Positions 8,663 through 18,116 of a stretch of 64,000 bases of DNA are shown piece by piece (the first letter of the stretch is position 1; each line of letters starts with the position of its first letter). The stretch lies in the IMG/VR virus record IMGVR_UViG_3300034096_001618, positions 1 through 64,000 of that record. The stretch is one strand, 5' to 3'. The stretch comes from a virus. The notes under the pieces are model-generated. The model had not been told where the DNA came from. It saw only the letters and a program-made list of their open reading frames with translations, and searched no databases. The translations under genes were made by a program, and so were the position numbers.

Positions 8663-9421
8663 ATGAAAATTATTCGTCCTTTGCTGAAACTATCTAATGA
8701 AAAGTGGTCTGTGAGAGAATGGATTTTATCTAATTTCCCTGAAAATTACGAAAACATGACTTACATAGAGCCTTATGGTGGTGGAGTCAATATGCTTTTC
8801 CACAAAGAAAAATCAAAATTTGAAATAATTAATGATCAAAACATAGAATTAGTGAATATTTTTAGAGCTATTCGTGATGAACCAGAAGAATTTATTCGTA
8901 AAATCAATCTTTACAAATGTACGCAAGAAATATTTGAAAAATCTGAAAACCGTAAGAACTTTGAAGATTATTTAGATCAAGCTGTCAATGATATGTTTCT
9001 CAGAAAAACTAGCAAAAGTGAATTGAAGCAAAAATTTCAAAAGCCAACAAACTTACAATCTTGGAAAAAGAATATATTAGAAATAGACAACTATAACAAA
9101 AGAATTAAAGATATTTTTATATTAAACAAACCAGCATTGGAAATCATCAAATCTTTCGACACTGAAGATTCATTTTTATATTGTGATCCGCCATATTTAC
9201 ATGAAAACAAAGTTTCCAAAATGGTTTACAGCAGTGAAATGACAACAGAATGCCACATGGATTTATATCGTTCTTTAAATAATTTTAATGGAAAAGTAGT
9301 TTTAAGTGGATGTATGTCGCCTCTTTACAATCGTCTTTATAAAAATTGGAATATATCGAAGAAAAGAATAAATAAAACAGAAAAAGAAAAGGCAACTGAA
9401 GTAATTTGGAAAAATTTTTAG
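8663..9421 (+). CDS. DNA N6-adenine methyltransferase (Dam/D12 class)
   Basis: YIEPYGGG motif I, IND, DPPY motif IV, C-terminal EVIW.N; SD gagg. Confidence 0.85.
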   Translation: MKIIRPLLKLSNEKWSVREWILSNFPENYENMTYIEPYGGGVNMLFHKEKSKFEIINDQNIELVNIFRAIRDEPEEFIRKINLYKCTQEIFEKSENRKNFEDYLDQAVNDMFLRKTSKSELKQKFQKPTNLQSWKKNILEIDNYNKRIKDIFILNKPALEIIKSFDTEDSFLYCDPPYLHENKVSKMVYSSEMTTECHMDLYRSLNNFNGKVVLSGCMSPLYNRLYKNWNISKKRINKTEKEKATEVIWKNF

Positions 9422-9429
9422 GATAAACC

Positions 9430-9663
9430 ATGAAGTGCGAAATTCCGAATTGTTCAAACGAAAGCATTAAAAAAATTTCAAAAACTGGTATTTTTTATGG
9501 TGTTTATGTAGATGAAGAAGATATTTTTGTTTGTGATAAGCACAACATAAATGAAATCAATGATTGCATTAACAAAATTTGTACTGAAAAGGCAATTGCC
9601 AATCAAGTTGTCAATCCATTTGCAGAAATTGAAAATTTTAAGAAAAAAACAAATTTTAGATAA
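9430..9663 (+). CDS. small Cys/His (zinc-binding?) protein
   Basis: CEIPNC...CDKH. Confidence 0.6.
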   Translation: MKCEIPNCSNESIKKISKTGIFYGVYVDEEDIFVCDKHNINEINDCINKICTEKAIANQVVNPFAEIENFKKKTNFR

Positions 9664-9671
9664 ATAATGCT

Positions 9672-9869
9672 ATGAAATTAAGTTTTAAAGAATTCATGTC
9701 ATCATCTTTATCCAAAGAGCAACCACAAGGGACAAGTGATTTACGTTCAGATCAATTGGGCGTAGAAATTAGCGGTGAAGATTCAAAAAATAAACCTCCA
9801 GTGAAACCAAATAATATTTCAAGATTTAATCCTGATAAGATATATGGAAAAAAGGGAAAGAAAAGATGA
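9672..9869 (+). CDS. small CTS-bearing protein
   Basis: MKLSFKEFM; TAAATA 5 nt upstream. Confidence 0.65.
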   Translation: MKLSFKEFMSSSLSKEQPQGTSDLRSDQLGVEISGEDSKNKPPVKPNNISRFNPDKIYGKKGKKR

Positions 9870-10186
9870 ACTTTCAAAGGCTTTGGGAAAACATAAAAAA
9901 TAATCATCGATATGGTGAAGAAGTTGACGATCAAGAAATTGATGATCAATCTATATCGGCAATTAAAACTGGTATAGGAATTAATGATACATTTTGGGAT
10001 GATTTTATACAATTGTTAAATAATTCAGAAGGTCTTTCTTCTTTGCTTGATATATCTATAAATGACATTACTTCTTGGCGGAAGAAAATAGAATCTGCCT
10101 TGAAAAAAGTTCAATTAGAAGATGGTGAGGTTGAAACCAAGAAAAATAAAAAGTTGATCAAAACAGGTCAAACAGATGGTGATTGA
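9866..10186 (+). CDS. hypothetical protein
   Basis: ATGA overlap with the upstream gene. Confidence 0.7.
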   Translation: MNFQRLWENIKNNHRYGEEVDDQEIDDQSISAIKTGIGINDTFWDDFIQLLNNSEGLSSLLDISINDITSWRKKIESALKKVQLEDGEVETKKNKKLIKTGQTDGD

Positions 10187-10196
10187 AAGGTGAACA

Positions 10197-10580
10197 ATGA
10201 AAAGTTTTTTGCAATATTTGAAGTTTCGTGAAAATGATGGAGAAGTGCAGAAAGTTGCTTCTCCCGGTGAAATGCCAATGGCAAAAGCTTCTGGCGATGA
10301 TGCTGAACCAATTGTTCCCGGTGATGGAAGCAATCAAAGAGTATTAGAAATGTTGAAAAATTCATTCAATAAATTCTTAGACGAGAAACTACTCAAAGCT
10401 GTAGAAAGAAAAAAAATTACCAAAGAAGACGCTTTGAGTTTACTAAATACAGAAATTTCAAGATTTTCTAACACTATTGGAATAGATGCCAATAGTGTTT
10501 CTCCTACTAATAATAATGCAATGACAACTAACTCAGAACCAATGTCGCCCGTTCCCAATCAACCCAAGGCATCAGGATAA
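10197..10580 (+). CDS. CTS-bearing hypothetical protein
   Basis: MKSFLQYLKFRE; SD aggtga. Confidence 0.7.
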   Translation: MKSFLQYLKFRENDGEVQKVASPGEMPMAKASGDDAEPIVPGDGSNQRVLEMLKNSFNKFLDEKLLKAVERKKITKEDALSLLNTEISRFSNTIGIDANSVSPTNNNAMTTNSEPMSPVPNQPKASG

Positions 10581-10582
10581 CC

Positions 10583-11683
10583 GTGAATAACAGAAAAATA
10601 ATCTCTAGCGACTTAACTAGAAAAAAAGTCCAAGAAGCTTTAAAAAATAAAAATCCAATTAACAAAAATTCATTAACAGCGCATCAGATTCATAGTGAGC
10701 GTCAAAATATAAAATCAGCCAATAGAAATGTAGTTAAAAGTAAAATCGAAAGACCTAGAGTAAATCAAGGTAATAAAAGACCATCTTCTCAATATCTTGC
10801 AAAAATAAAATCAAAAACATTAAAACTGAATTTACCTCAAAGCGGAAGTTTTAATGGATCAATATTAAACATAGGAGAAAAATTTCTTTGTGTCTACAGA
10901 CCAAATGAAAGTGAAATAATTGCTTGTTTTTTGAATTATGATTATTCAATAATACCCAAATTATATTACAAATTTAATTTACTTCTTGTTTCGGACCCAC
11001 GAATAATTATAACTCCTGACAATAAAGTGTTAATGTCTTATTCAAAATATTACACAAATAATGATTCTAATGAATATATTGATGGCAATATCATTATGGA
11101 TTTAAATGAATCCAAAAATAAAATATTTCAAGGAGAAACTATAAGGATTAGTCCTGAACATCTGAAAGATAGGCAGAAAAATTGGATGCCATTTGTCCAT
11201 GAAGATAAACTTTATTTTATTGCCAATGTGTGTCCACATCAAATTTATGAAGTGGATTGGACTGGTCAAAAAAAATCAAATTTAATTTATGAGACTTTTT
11301 GGGAAAATCCTTGGTTTGTAAAGGAAAATTTAAGAGGTAATACGAATGCGGTTATGTTGCCAGATGGTAACTATCTTGGGACATTTCACACAGTTACTAG
11401 AAAAAATATCTTACATTATTATGATAATGGTTTTTATATTTTTGAAGGCAAACCTCCATTTACAGTAACGCACATATCTAAACAAACATATTTAAGAGCA
11501 GAAGATGCCATAGAGCCTTACTTTAGAAAGGCTGGTATTATACTTTGTACATTTCCAGTGGGAATGGTTTTGGAAAAAGATAAAATAATTATAAGTTATG
11601 GCGACAATGATTCTTGCGTAAAAATACTCGAAGTATCTTTGAATGATGTTATGGATATTATGGTCAATGTGAAAGAAAAATAG
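10583..11683 (+). CDS. beta-propeller glycosidase/phosphorylase-like protein (GH130/GH43-like)
   Basis: FNGSI, DPR, QKNWMPF, LRG, FP.G and ISYGDND motifs. Confidence 0.7.
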   Translation: MNNRKIISSDLTRKKVQEALKNKNPINKNSLTAHQIHSERQNIKSANRNVVKSKIERPRVNQGNKRPSSQYLAKIKSKTLKLNLPQSGSFNGSILNIGEKFLCVYRPNESEIIACFLNYDYSIIPKLYYKFNLLLVSDPRIIITPDNKVLMSYSKYYTNNDSNEYIDGNIIMDLNESKNKIFQGETIRISPEHLKDRQKNWMPFVHEDKLYFIANVCPHQIYEVDWTGQKKSNLIYETFWENPWFVKENLRGNTNAVMLPDGNYLGTFHTVTRKNILHYYDNGFYIFEGKPPFTVTHISKQTYLRAEDAIEPYFRKAGIILCTFPVGMVLEKDKIIISYGDNDSCVKILEVSLNDVMDIMVNVKEK

Positions 11684-11768
11684 ATTCAATTTTAAAGCTA
11701 TGACCTTCCCAACTAGCACCATAAAAGACTCTTTCTGGTGAGTTTTGATCCAAGTTGACAAGGATATA

Positions 11769-12839
11769 ATGATAAATGTAAATAAACCACATCTTCCAAA
11801 TATAGAAAAATATATAGATAAAATAAAAACTATTTGGAATACAAACCATTTGACCAACTATGGTCCATTACATAAAGAACTTGAAGAAAAATTATGTAAA
11901 TACTTAGACATTAAAGACTTATGTTTAATCAACAGTTGTAGCAATGGTTTGTTAATGTGTTTAAATGAGTTTGATGCTGGTGATGAGATTATAACAACGC
12001 CATTTTCTTTTATTGCTACGACATCTTCAATCGTTTGGTCAAAATTGAAACCTGTTTTTTGCGATATAGATCCAGAATATTTGTTTATTGATATAAACAA
12101 GATAGAAAGTTTAATTACACCTAGAACAAAAGCTGTCCTAACGACTCATGTTTATGGCAATACAGGAGACTTAGAAGAACTAGAAGCAATCTGCAAAGAA
12201 AATAATATTAAATTAATTTTTGATGCAGCTCATGCATTTGGTATCAAATACAAAGAAAAATCAATATTAAAATATGGTGATATGTCTATACTTAGCTTCC
12301 ATGCTACAAAAGTTTATCACACTATTGAAGGTGGAGCAATCTATGTAAAAGATGAAACAAAAATAACAGAAATGATAACAAAAGGAAACTTTGGATATAA
12401 AAATTATCAAATAGAATTATTGGGTATAAATTCTAAAATGTCTGAATTCAATGCAGCTATGGGTTTGTGTTTATTAGATGAAATTGATGATATTATAAAT
12501 GACAGAAAAAAATCATGTGAATATTATGATAAGTTATTGTATAATTCATACAAAATAAATTACATCAGGAAGCCAACAAAAAATTTAAATATAAAAGAAA
12601 ATTATTCTTATTATCCAATTATTTTTAACAATGAAAATGATTTGTTAATTTGTGTAGAAAAATTAAATTCTAAGAATATTTTTCCAAGAAGATATTTTTA
12701 TCCTTCATTGAATACAGTTAACTATTTGCAAAATGTAGAAATGCCTATATCTGAAAGCATTTCAAAAAGAATACTTTGTTTGCCTTTATACATGGGAATA
12801 AGCAAAGCTGATATAGAAACTGTAACAGAGCAAATATAA
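11769..12839 (+). CDS. DegT/DnrJ/EryC1/StrS sugar aminotransferase (VioA-like)
   Basis: TPFSFIAT, HVYG, DAAHAFG, SFHATK (PLP lysine), EGGA, RRYFYP. Confidence 0.92.
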   Translation: MINVNKPHLPNIEKYIDKIKTIWNTNHLTNYGPLHKELEEKLCKYLDIKDLCLINSCSNGLLMCLNEFDAGDEIITTPFSFIATTSSIVWSKLKPVFCDIDPEYLFIDINKIESLITPRTKAVLTTHVYGNTGDLEELEAICKENNIKLIFDAAHAFGIKYKEKSILKYGDMSILSFHATKVYHTIEGGAIYVKDETKITEMITKGNFGYKNYQIELLGINSKMSEFNAAMGLCLLDEIDDIINDRKKSCEYYDKLLYNSYKINYIRKPTKNLNIKENYSYYPIIFNNENDLLICVEKLNSKNIFPRRYFYPSLNTVNYLQNVEMPISESISKRILCLPLYMGISKADIETVTEQI

Positions 12840-13472
12840 TTACTTTTTCATAATTGCTTTTCTGTAGTTATCAAGTTTCACTTCACAATAATCTGCAAAA
12901 ACTTCAATAAAATAATCAATAGCCATTTGAGGTCTTAATTTTTTGTCAAGATCAGGCATCCATAAATAATCATCAAAAATCAATATGCCATTCTTTTTTA
13001 ATAGATTCCAACAAAATACAGCATCCATCATTACAAATAAAGAAACATGATTTCCATCTATAAAAATAAAATCATATTTTTTCTTTTCCACAAGAAGTTT
13101 GGGAAGAACATTTGTTGATAAGTCATGATGAATTATTACCTGCTTACTTTTGCCAGACAATTCGATATTTTTATCAAAAATTTCCTTAATTTTTAGTGTG
13201 CCAAACTTCCACTGAGCATCAACAGCACCGTAGGAATTTAAACTATTCTCATTTTGAGAATAGTCAAGCCAAGGATCTATACATGTAATAGTTGAATTAA
13301 TATTGTGTAAATAATTTTCTATAAACCAAACAGTACTTCTACCTTCATAAGATCCAATTTCTAAAATATTTATTTCATTGGCTGGGTCTAAATTTATAGT
13401 TTTAATTAAATCATCTTGTGATTCGGTATCACCAAACCAATCTGCTGCAAATTGATATTTCATTTTTATCAT
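12840..13472 (-). CDS. class I SAM-dependent methyltransferase (Methyltransf_24-like)
   Basis: LEIGSYEGRS, YDFIFIDGNH, GILIFDDY. Confidence 0.88.
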   Translation of the reverse strand: MIKMKYQFAADWFGDTESQDDLIKTINLDPANEINILEIGSYEGRSTVWFIENYLHNINSTITCIDPWLDYSQNENSLNSYGAVDAQWKFGTLKIKEIFDKNIELSGKSKQVIIHHDLSTNVLPKLLVEKKKYDFIFIDGNHVSLFVMMDAVFCWNLLKKNGILIFDDYLWMPDLDKKLRPQMAIDYFIEVFADYCEVKLDNYRKAIMKK

Positions 13473-13477
13473 TTCTC

Positions 13478-14665
13478 CTAAAAGCTATTTAATATATTTA
13501 CTTTTTGTTCAAATGTTTTATTTTTCATCAAAACATTAAGATGATTTAAATCTCTGCCCAATTTATGTTTGCCGATTCCAATATTAGTTAAAGATTGTAT
13601 TCTTGCATTAGGAGATTTTTCATACCAATGAGGAGTTTCTCCTATCAATCCACATTTTAAACACTGAAATCCTATGGTTGCATGATTCTTATCAAGGGCA
13701 TAATTATTATTGCTCCTTACAAAATCTTCTGAATATTTTGTTTCATAAAGTTTTACATATTCTTTTTTATCAATTTTGCTAACAACGTATTCCACAAAAG
13801 CTTTATCATTCATCATTCCTGTGTTTACAAAACAACAATTTTTATGATCTTCATTAATTTTAAAATCTAAAGGAATATTAGATCCTCCAAAATATTGACC
13901 TTTATCGTGCATCATCCTTACCATCACATTTTTTATCATTGGTATTTCAATGACAAGTTTTTTGACTCTAAAATATTCTTGTAATCTTGTATTCAAATCT
14001 AAATCTGCATAGTGTCTTGTGTTTGTCGCAACTTCATCTATGCCGTTTACTGCAAGCCACAAATCTTTATTTATACAATAATGACCCCAACAAGAATTAT
14101 GAAAAGTATTAACACGAGTTGATTCCCAAGGCAAATCATTAAATTTTCCATCTCTATACAAAACATTAGCATCTTCAATTGAAATAGGAATTGTGCTTTT
14201 GCTATGTTCATTTGATTTAATAGGATTCATTCTTCTTGGTTCAAGACCTAAACAATCATCTTTATATAAAACTTGCCAATTAAAGCCAACAAATTTAAAA
14301 TTATCAACCATTTTTAAAATCTTGATAATTCTTGGATGACAAAATCTCCAATCCTGAAATGTAATAATTTTATTTGTAGACGACATCAAAACTGCATTAT
14401 TGAATAAACCATAATCAAATGTCTTAGGCACATTTGGATTAACTATATAAGGGAAATGGACAATATTGTACTGAAGTGTTTTGACAAATTCTGATAACCA
14501 TGCCCTTTTAGGGTAATGCGGATCTGGAATAACAACTTCAAAAGACTTATCTGTTTGATAATTCAAATTCAATAATTGTGATTTTAGTAGCTCATCATCA
14601 CCAATAAGATAAAAAGGAGCCATGACAAAACTGTAATGAGGATTACATAATTTATAATTTATCAT
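13478..14665 (-). CDS. putative GT-A (GT2-like) glycosyltransferase
   Basis: L.YQTDKSFEVVIPD, N.A....S, FQD, VNGIDE, D.DL..RL. Confidence 0.65.
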   Translation of the reverse strand: MINYKLCNPHYSFVMAPFYLIGDDELLKSQLLNLNYQTDKSFEVVIPDPHYPKRAWLSEFVKTLQYNIVHFPYIVNPNVPKTFDYGLFNNAVLMSSTNKIITFQDWRFCHPRIIKILKMVDNFKFVGFNWQVLYKDDCLGLEPRRMNPIKSNEHSKSTIPISIEDANVLYRDGKFNDLPWESTRVNTFHNSCWGHYCINKDLWLAVNGIDEVATNTRHYADLDLNTRLQEYFRVKKLVIEIPMIKNVMVRMMHDKGQYFGGSNIPLDFKINEDHKNCCFVNTGMMNDKAFVEYVVSKIDKKEYVKLYETKYSEDFVRSNNNYALDKNHATIGFQCLKCGLIGETPHWYEKSPNARIQSLTNIGIGKHKLGRDLNHLNVLMKNKTFEQKVNILNSF

Positions 14666-15234
14666 TTTATTTTCACCGATGGCGTTCCAACGTATGTGCC
14701 AGATTCTTTAATATTAGTAACAACACCAGAATTTAAACCAATTATCAAATTATCACACACTTGAATCTTTTCTTTAAAAGAAGAATTTGTTCCAATGTAA
14801 ACGCATTCTCCAATGCTATTGTTTCCAGATATTACTGATCCCGGCATCATACTTAAAAAATCTTTGCAAACAACATCATGACCAATACTGTTAAATCTAC
14901 TAATAATACTGTGTTTGCCTATTTTAACATTAGTGGTTATTATGCAATGTGGCCCTACATAAGAACCTTCTCCGATTTTTACATCATTTCCAATAATTGC
15001 TGTTGGATGAATAAATGTAAAATATTTAATGCCATTTATCTTTTCACATATTGATTTCCTTATAACTGGATCAGCTATCGCAATCATTATTTCATATTCA
15101 TCTTTTTCTATAGAAGAAATAGGACGTGCAAGATCATTTGCAAATTCATCACTTACAAAAAATGTCACATCTTCTTGCATCAAAAATGCTACTTCTCTAG
15201 CGTGACCACCATAGCCATATAATGCTTTTTTCAT
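14662..15234 (-). CDS. NeuD/PglD-like hexapeptide sugar acyltransferase
   Basis: YGYGGHAREV, IHPTA, IGHD, hexapeptide repeats, YVGTP. Confidence 0.9.
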   Translation of the reverse strand: MKKALYGYGGHAREVAFLMQEDVTFFVSDEFANDLARPISSIEKDEYEIMIAIADPVIRKSICEKINGIKYFTFIHPTAIIGNDVKIGEGSYVGPHCIITTNVKIGKHSIISRFNSIGHDVVCKDFLSMMPGSVISGNNSIGECVYIGTNSSFKEKIQVCDNLIIGLNSGVVTNIKESGTYVGTPSVKIK

Positions 15235-15239
15235 GATAT

Positions 15240-15262
15240 TATATATTAGAAATAACTAAATA
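15240..15262. promoter_or_regulatory. back-to-back late-type promoters (TATATA minus, TAAATA plus)
   Basis: Each lies exactly 5 nt from its ATG (15234 and 15268). Confidence 0.55.
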
Positions 15263-15267
15263 ACATC

Positions 15268-16038
15268 ATGTCGAAAATATTATCTCTATTCTCATTGACT
15301 CCAGAAAATGTTGGCGACATGGCGTGCAGTTGGGGCAACCAATACGAAAATTTCAAGATTTCAAATTTCGGAGAAGATCCACACAATTTGTATGGAATAA
15401 CTACAAAAAATGTAGTTTTTGGTCATATAAACGACCATAGAAGTGATTATGATCAATTTGATTTAATTGTAGTTGGAGGCGGCGGAATAATCAATAAATC
15501 ACACGAAGAAGGCATATGGCGAATAATCAATCAATCAAAAAAATGTATGATACGTTCTGTTGGTGTTAAAGACTGGGATTTTGCTCATAAGATAAGAGAC
15601 ATAATTGGTGACAATTTTACAATAAGACATGTAGTAGACGGTTTCACATATGAAGCTTGTCCTTCTTTAGTTTTTGTAGATAGATACAAAACAGTCCATG
15701 GAGTTAATAAGAAAATTAAAAAGACAGATGATATCCTTTTTGCAGTCCATCAAAATCATAAAAAAGAAATAGAAATTCTGCAAGAAAAAGGATTTAATTA
15801 TATTGTGAACAATTGTGAATTAGAATATGCCTTGCAAAAAATATCTTGCTGTAAAAAAATAGTAACATCTTCATACCATTTCTTATTATGGGCAAATGAA
15901 TTTAATTGTGATATTGAATTGTTTCAAAAAGATTCTGACAAACCTGTTTCAGAATTAGACAAAGACTCTGATATGCTGAAGTTTATAAACATTCCAATAA
16001 AATTTGAAATCATTGATATAAAAAAATATTTAAACTGA
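15268..16038 (+). CDS. polysaccharide pyruvyl transferase-like protein
   Basis: NVGD, VVGGGGI, SVG, IR, CPSL, VTSSYH. Confidence 0.7.
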   Translation: MSKILSLFSLTPENVGDMACSWGNQYENFKISNFGEDPHNLYGITTKNVVFGHINDHRSDYDQFDLIVVGGGGIINKSHEEGIWRIINQSKKCMIRSVGVKDWDFAHKIRDIIGDNFTIRHVVDGFTYEACPSLVFVDRYKTVHGVNKKIKKTDDILFAVHQNHKKEIEILQEKGFNYIVNNCELEYALQKISCCKKIVTSSYHFLLWANEFNCDIELFQKDSDKPVSELDKDSDMLKFINIPIKFEIIDIKKYLN

Positions 16039-16188
16039 AACCATGGTGTTGAGTAAATCTTGTAATTTATATTCAGCAATCTTCACTAATGAATCATTGT
16101 CTCCATGACTTATTATAATTTTATCTTTTTTATCACCATTCCAATAAGTAAAATACAAGCAATTTCATTTTGTTTTCTAAAATATCTT
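16030..16188 (-). pseudogene. frameshifted 3' fragment of a paralog of the 10583 glycosidase-like gene
   Basis: Reads RYFRK...C...GMV / KDKIIISHGDNDSLVKIAE..L.D...MV versus YFRK...C...GMVLEKDKIIISYGDNDSCVKILE. Confidence 0.8.
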
Positions 16189-16223
16189 GCCTGAAAACAA
16201 TAAATACAAGACAGGAGGCAGTG

Positions 16224-16658
16224 GTGAAAAAGAATCTCACATCAATTGAAATTCAAGATGATTTAATCAAATTGAACACATTTCTCGAAGAAACTAAACA
16301 AAAATGGGATGTAGAAAATCCACAGCCGAAATCATGGTTTGACAGAAATAAAGTTTATTTGGTTAAAACAACAACATTTCTTATTTCCTGTACTGATAAA
16401 TTAATTAATTTGGCTCAAACTTTTGCAGCAGCTGGGCCAAATAAAAAGATTGCTGTTTTAGCTATTACGGCGCAAATATTTGATTACATAGTTGCCAAAG
16501 CTTTTCCTATTTGGATTTCTCCATTTGTGCCAATGATTAAACAAATAGTCATTACGATTATCATTAGCAATCTGATTGAATTCATTGTTTCTAAATACAA
16601 AGATGGGTCATGGAATATGGAGAAAAAAAATGAGCCAACTGAACCAACAACAATCTGA
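16224..16658 (+). CDS. membrane protein, possible holin-like
   Basis: GTG start after aggagg; G..KK..V motif followed by hydrophobic helices. Confidence 0.5.
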   Translation: MKKNLTSIEIQDDLIKLNTFLEETKQKWDVENPQPKSWFDRNKVYLVKTTTFLISCTDKLINLAQTFAAAGPNKKIAVLAITAQIFDYIVAKAFPIWISPFVPMIKQIVITIIISNLIEFIVSKYKDGSWNMEKKNEPTEPTTI

Positions 16659-17592
16659 TACAATTAGTCTTTTACCTTTTGTTCGTGAAGACATTGCAAC
16701 CATTCAAGATGTGAATCAAAAATCGGGATGGGAGATAACTGCATTTGATCTTCCTAAAGCATGGCAATACACACAAGGAGAAGGTGTGATTGTTGCTGTT
16801 TTAGATACTGGTTGTGATTTAGACCATGATGATCTTAAAGAAAATCTTCTTAAAGGTAAAAATTTTGTAAATCCTTCATTGCCCCCAGAAGATGACAATT
16901 CACATGGAAGCCATTGTACTGGAACAATATGTGCTTTGAATAATAATCATGGTATTGTTGGAGTTGCTCCAAAGACTAAGGTTATACCAGTCAAAGTTCT
17001 TGATGGTTCTGGATCTGGAAATCTTGAAGTAGTTGCAGAAGGCATTAGATGGGCTGCGGATCAAGGTGTTGATTTTATAGTTATGTCATTAGGCTCTCCA
17101 ACTCCAACGCCAGTAATTCATGAAGCAGTTAAATATGCTGCTGCAAAAGGTGTGATCACTTGGTGTGCTGCTGGCAATGCAGGTAAAACACGACAAGTTT
17201 TTTATCCAGCTGCATATCCAGAATGCATTGGTATTGGTGCAATAGATCAAAATTTGAATAGAGCAAATTTTAGTTGCACTGGTCCTGATTTAGACTTTAT
17301 GGCCCCGGGAGTAAAGATACTTAGCACTGTTCCAGATAATTGGTATGCATTTCTTTCTGGGACAAGTATGAGCAATCCTTTTGCTGTTGGAGTGGCGTGT
17401 CTTTTACTTTCGCACAAAAGAAAATATAACTTGCCTATAAATCTCAGAAATGCTCAAGATTATATAGACATGCTTAGAAACTATACCATTCCAACTAATG
17501 ATCCTAAATTCGCTGGTGAAAGGTTTTTAGAGGGATTTGGAATTATCGATCCACGCAAAGTCAATGAGTGGTTATCTCAACAAAATTCTTAA
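16630..17592 (+). CDS. subtilisin-like serine protease (S8), no signal/propeptide
   Basis: VLDTG, HGSHCTG, AAGN, SGTSMS; start ATG 16630 with SD ggag. Confidence 0.93.
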   Translation: MSQLNQQQSDTISLLPFVREDIATIQDVNQKSGWEITAFDLPKAWQYTQGEGVIVAVLDTGCDLDHDDLKENLLKGKNFVNPSLPPEDDNSHGSHCTGTICALNNNHGIVGVAPKTKVIPVKVLDGSGSGNLEVVAEGIRWAADQGVDFIVMSLGSPTPTPVIHEAVKYAAAKGVITWCAAGNAGKTRQVFYPAAYPECIGIGAIDQNLNRANFSCTGPDLDFMAPGVKILSTVPDNWYAFLSGTSMSNPFAVGVACLLLSHKRKYNLPINLRNAQDYIDMLRNYTIPTNDPKFAGERFLEGFGIIDPRKVNEWLSQQNS

Positions 17593-17629
17593 CATTTTCT
17601 GTTACAAAAATTAAAAGCACAATAAGGTT

Positions 17630-18112
17630 TCAAATTTTATTTTTGATCAAATTAATCTTTTCTTTTAAGCAAGCTGCTTTTTCGTAGTCTTCAATTTTAA
17701 TTGCTTCTTGTAATTCAATATTTAAATTTTCAATTTCAGATGCATCGCTTAATTTGAAATTTTTAGGTTTCTTGCCAATATGTTTAAGTGAAATTTGGCA
17801 TCTAAGCAATAGATTTAATATTGTGTCTTTGAATGTATCGTAACATTTATCACATCCCAATCTCGACTTTTCAATTAAATCATCAAATGACGCATTACAT
17901 TGTTGACATTTTTTTGATTCCGTATGTTTTAAAGTTATATCTTCAATTATACTCATTAAAACATCAATATTGTATTCACTAGTTTTTTTTAATGCAGAAA
18001 AAGCACATTTGTCGCAAACATTAATTTGAGCGTAAACTCCATTATGTGCTGTGTTCACTTCATAACACTTTGAATTTGAACATGGTATATTCGTCAAAGG
18101 GCAGCGATCCAC
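17630..18112 (-). CDS. McsA-like protein (CxxC motifs plus UvrB/C coiled coil)
   Basis: CDKC, CQQC, RLGCDKCY, H.GK.P, AIKIEDYEKAA.L. Confidence 0.85.
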   Translation of the reverse strand: MDRCPLTNIPCSNSKCYEVNTAHNGVYAQINVCDKCAFSALKKTSEYNIDVLMSIIEDITLKHTESKKCQQCNASFDDLIEKSRLGCDKCYDTFKDTILNLLLRCQISLKHIGKKPKNFKLSDASEIENLNIELQEAIKIEDYEKAACLKEKINLIKNKI

Positions 18113-18116
18113 AGCC

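Noticed and set aside
11684-11768. Possible gene remnant on the minus strand at the cassette's left edge
   Set aside because: Too short, and no recognisable homology to support it
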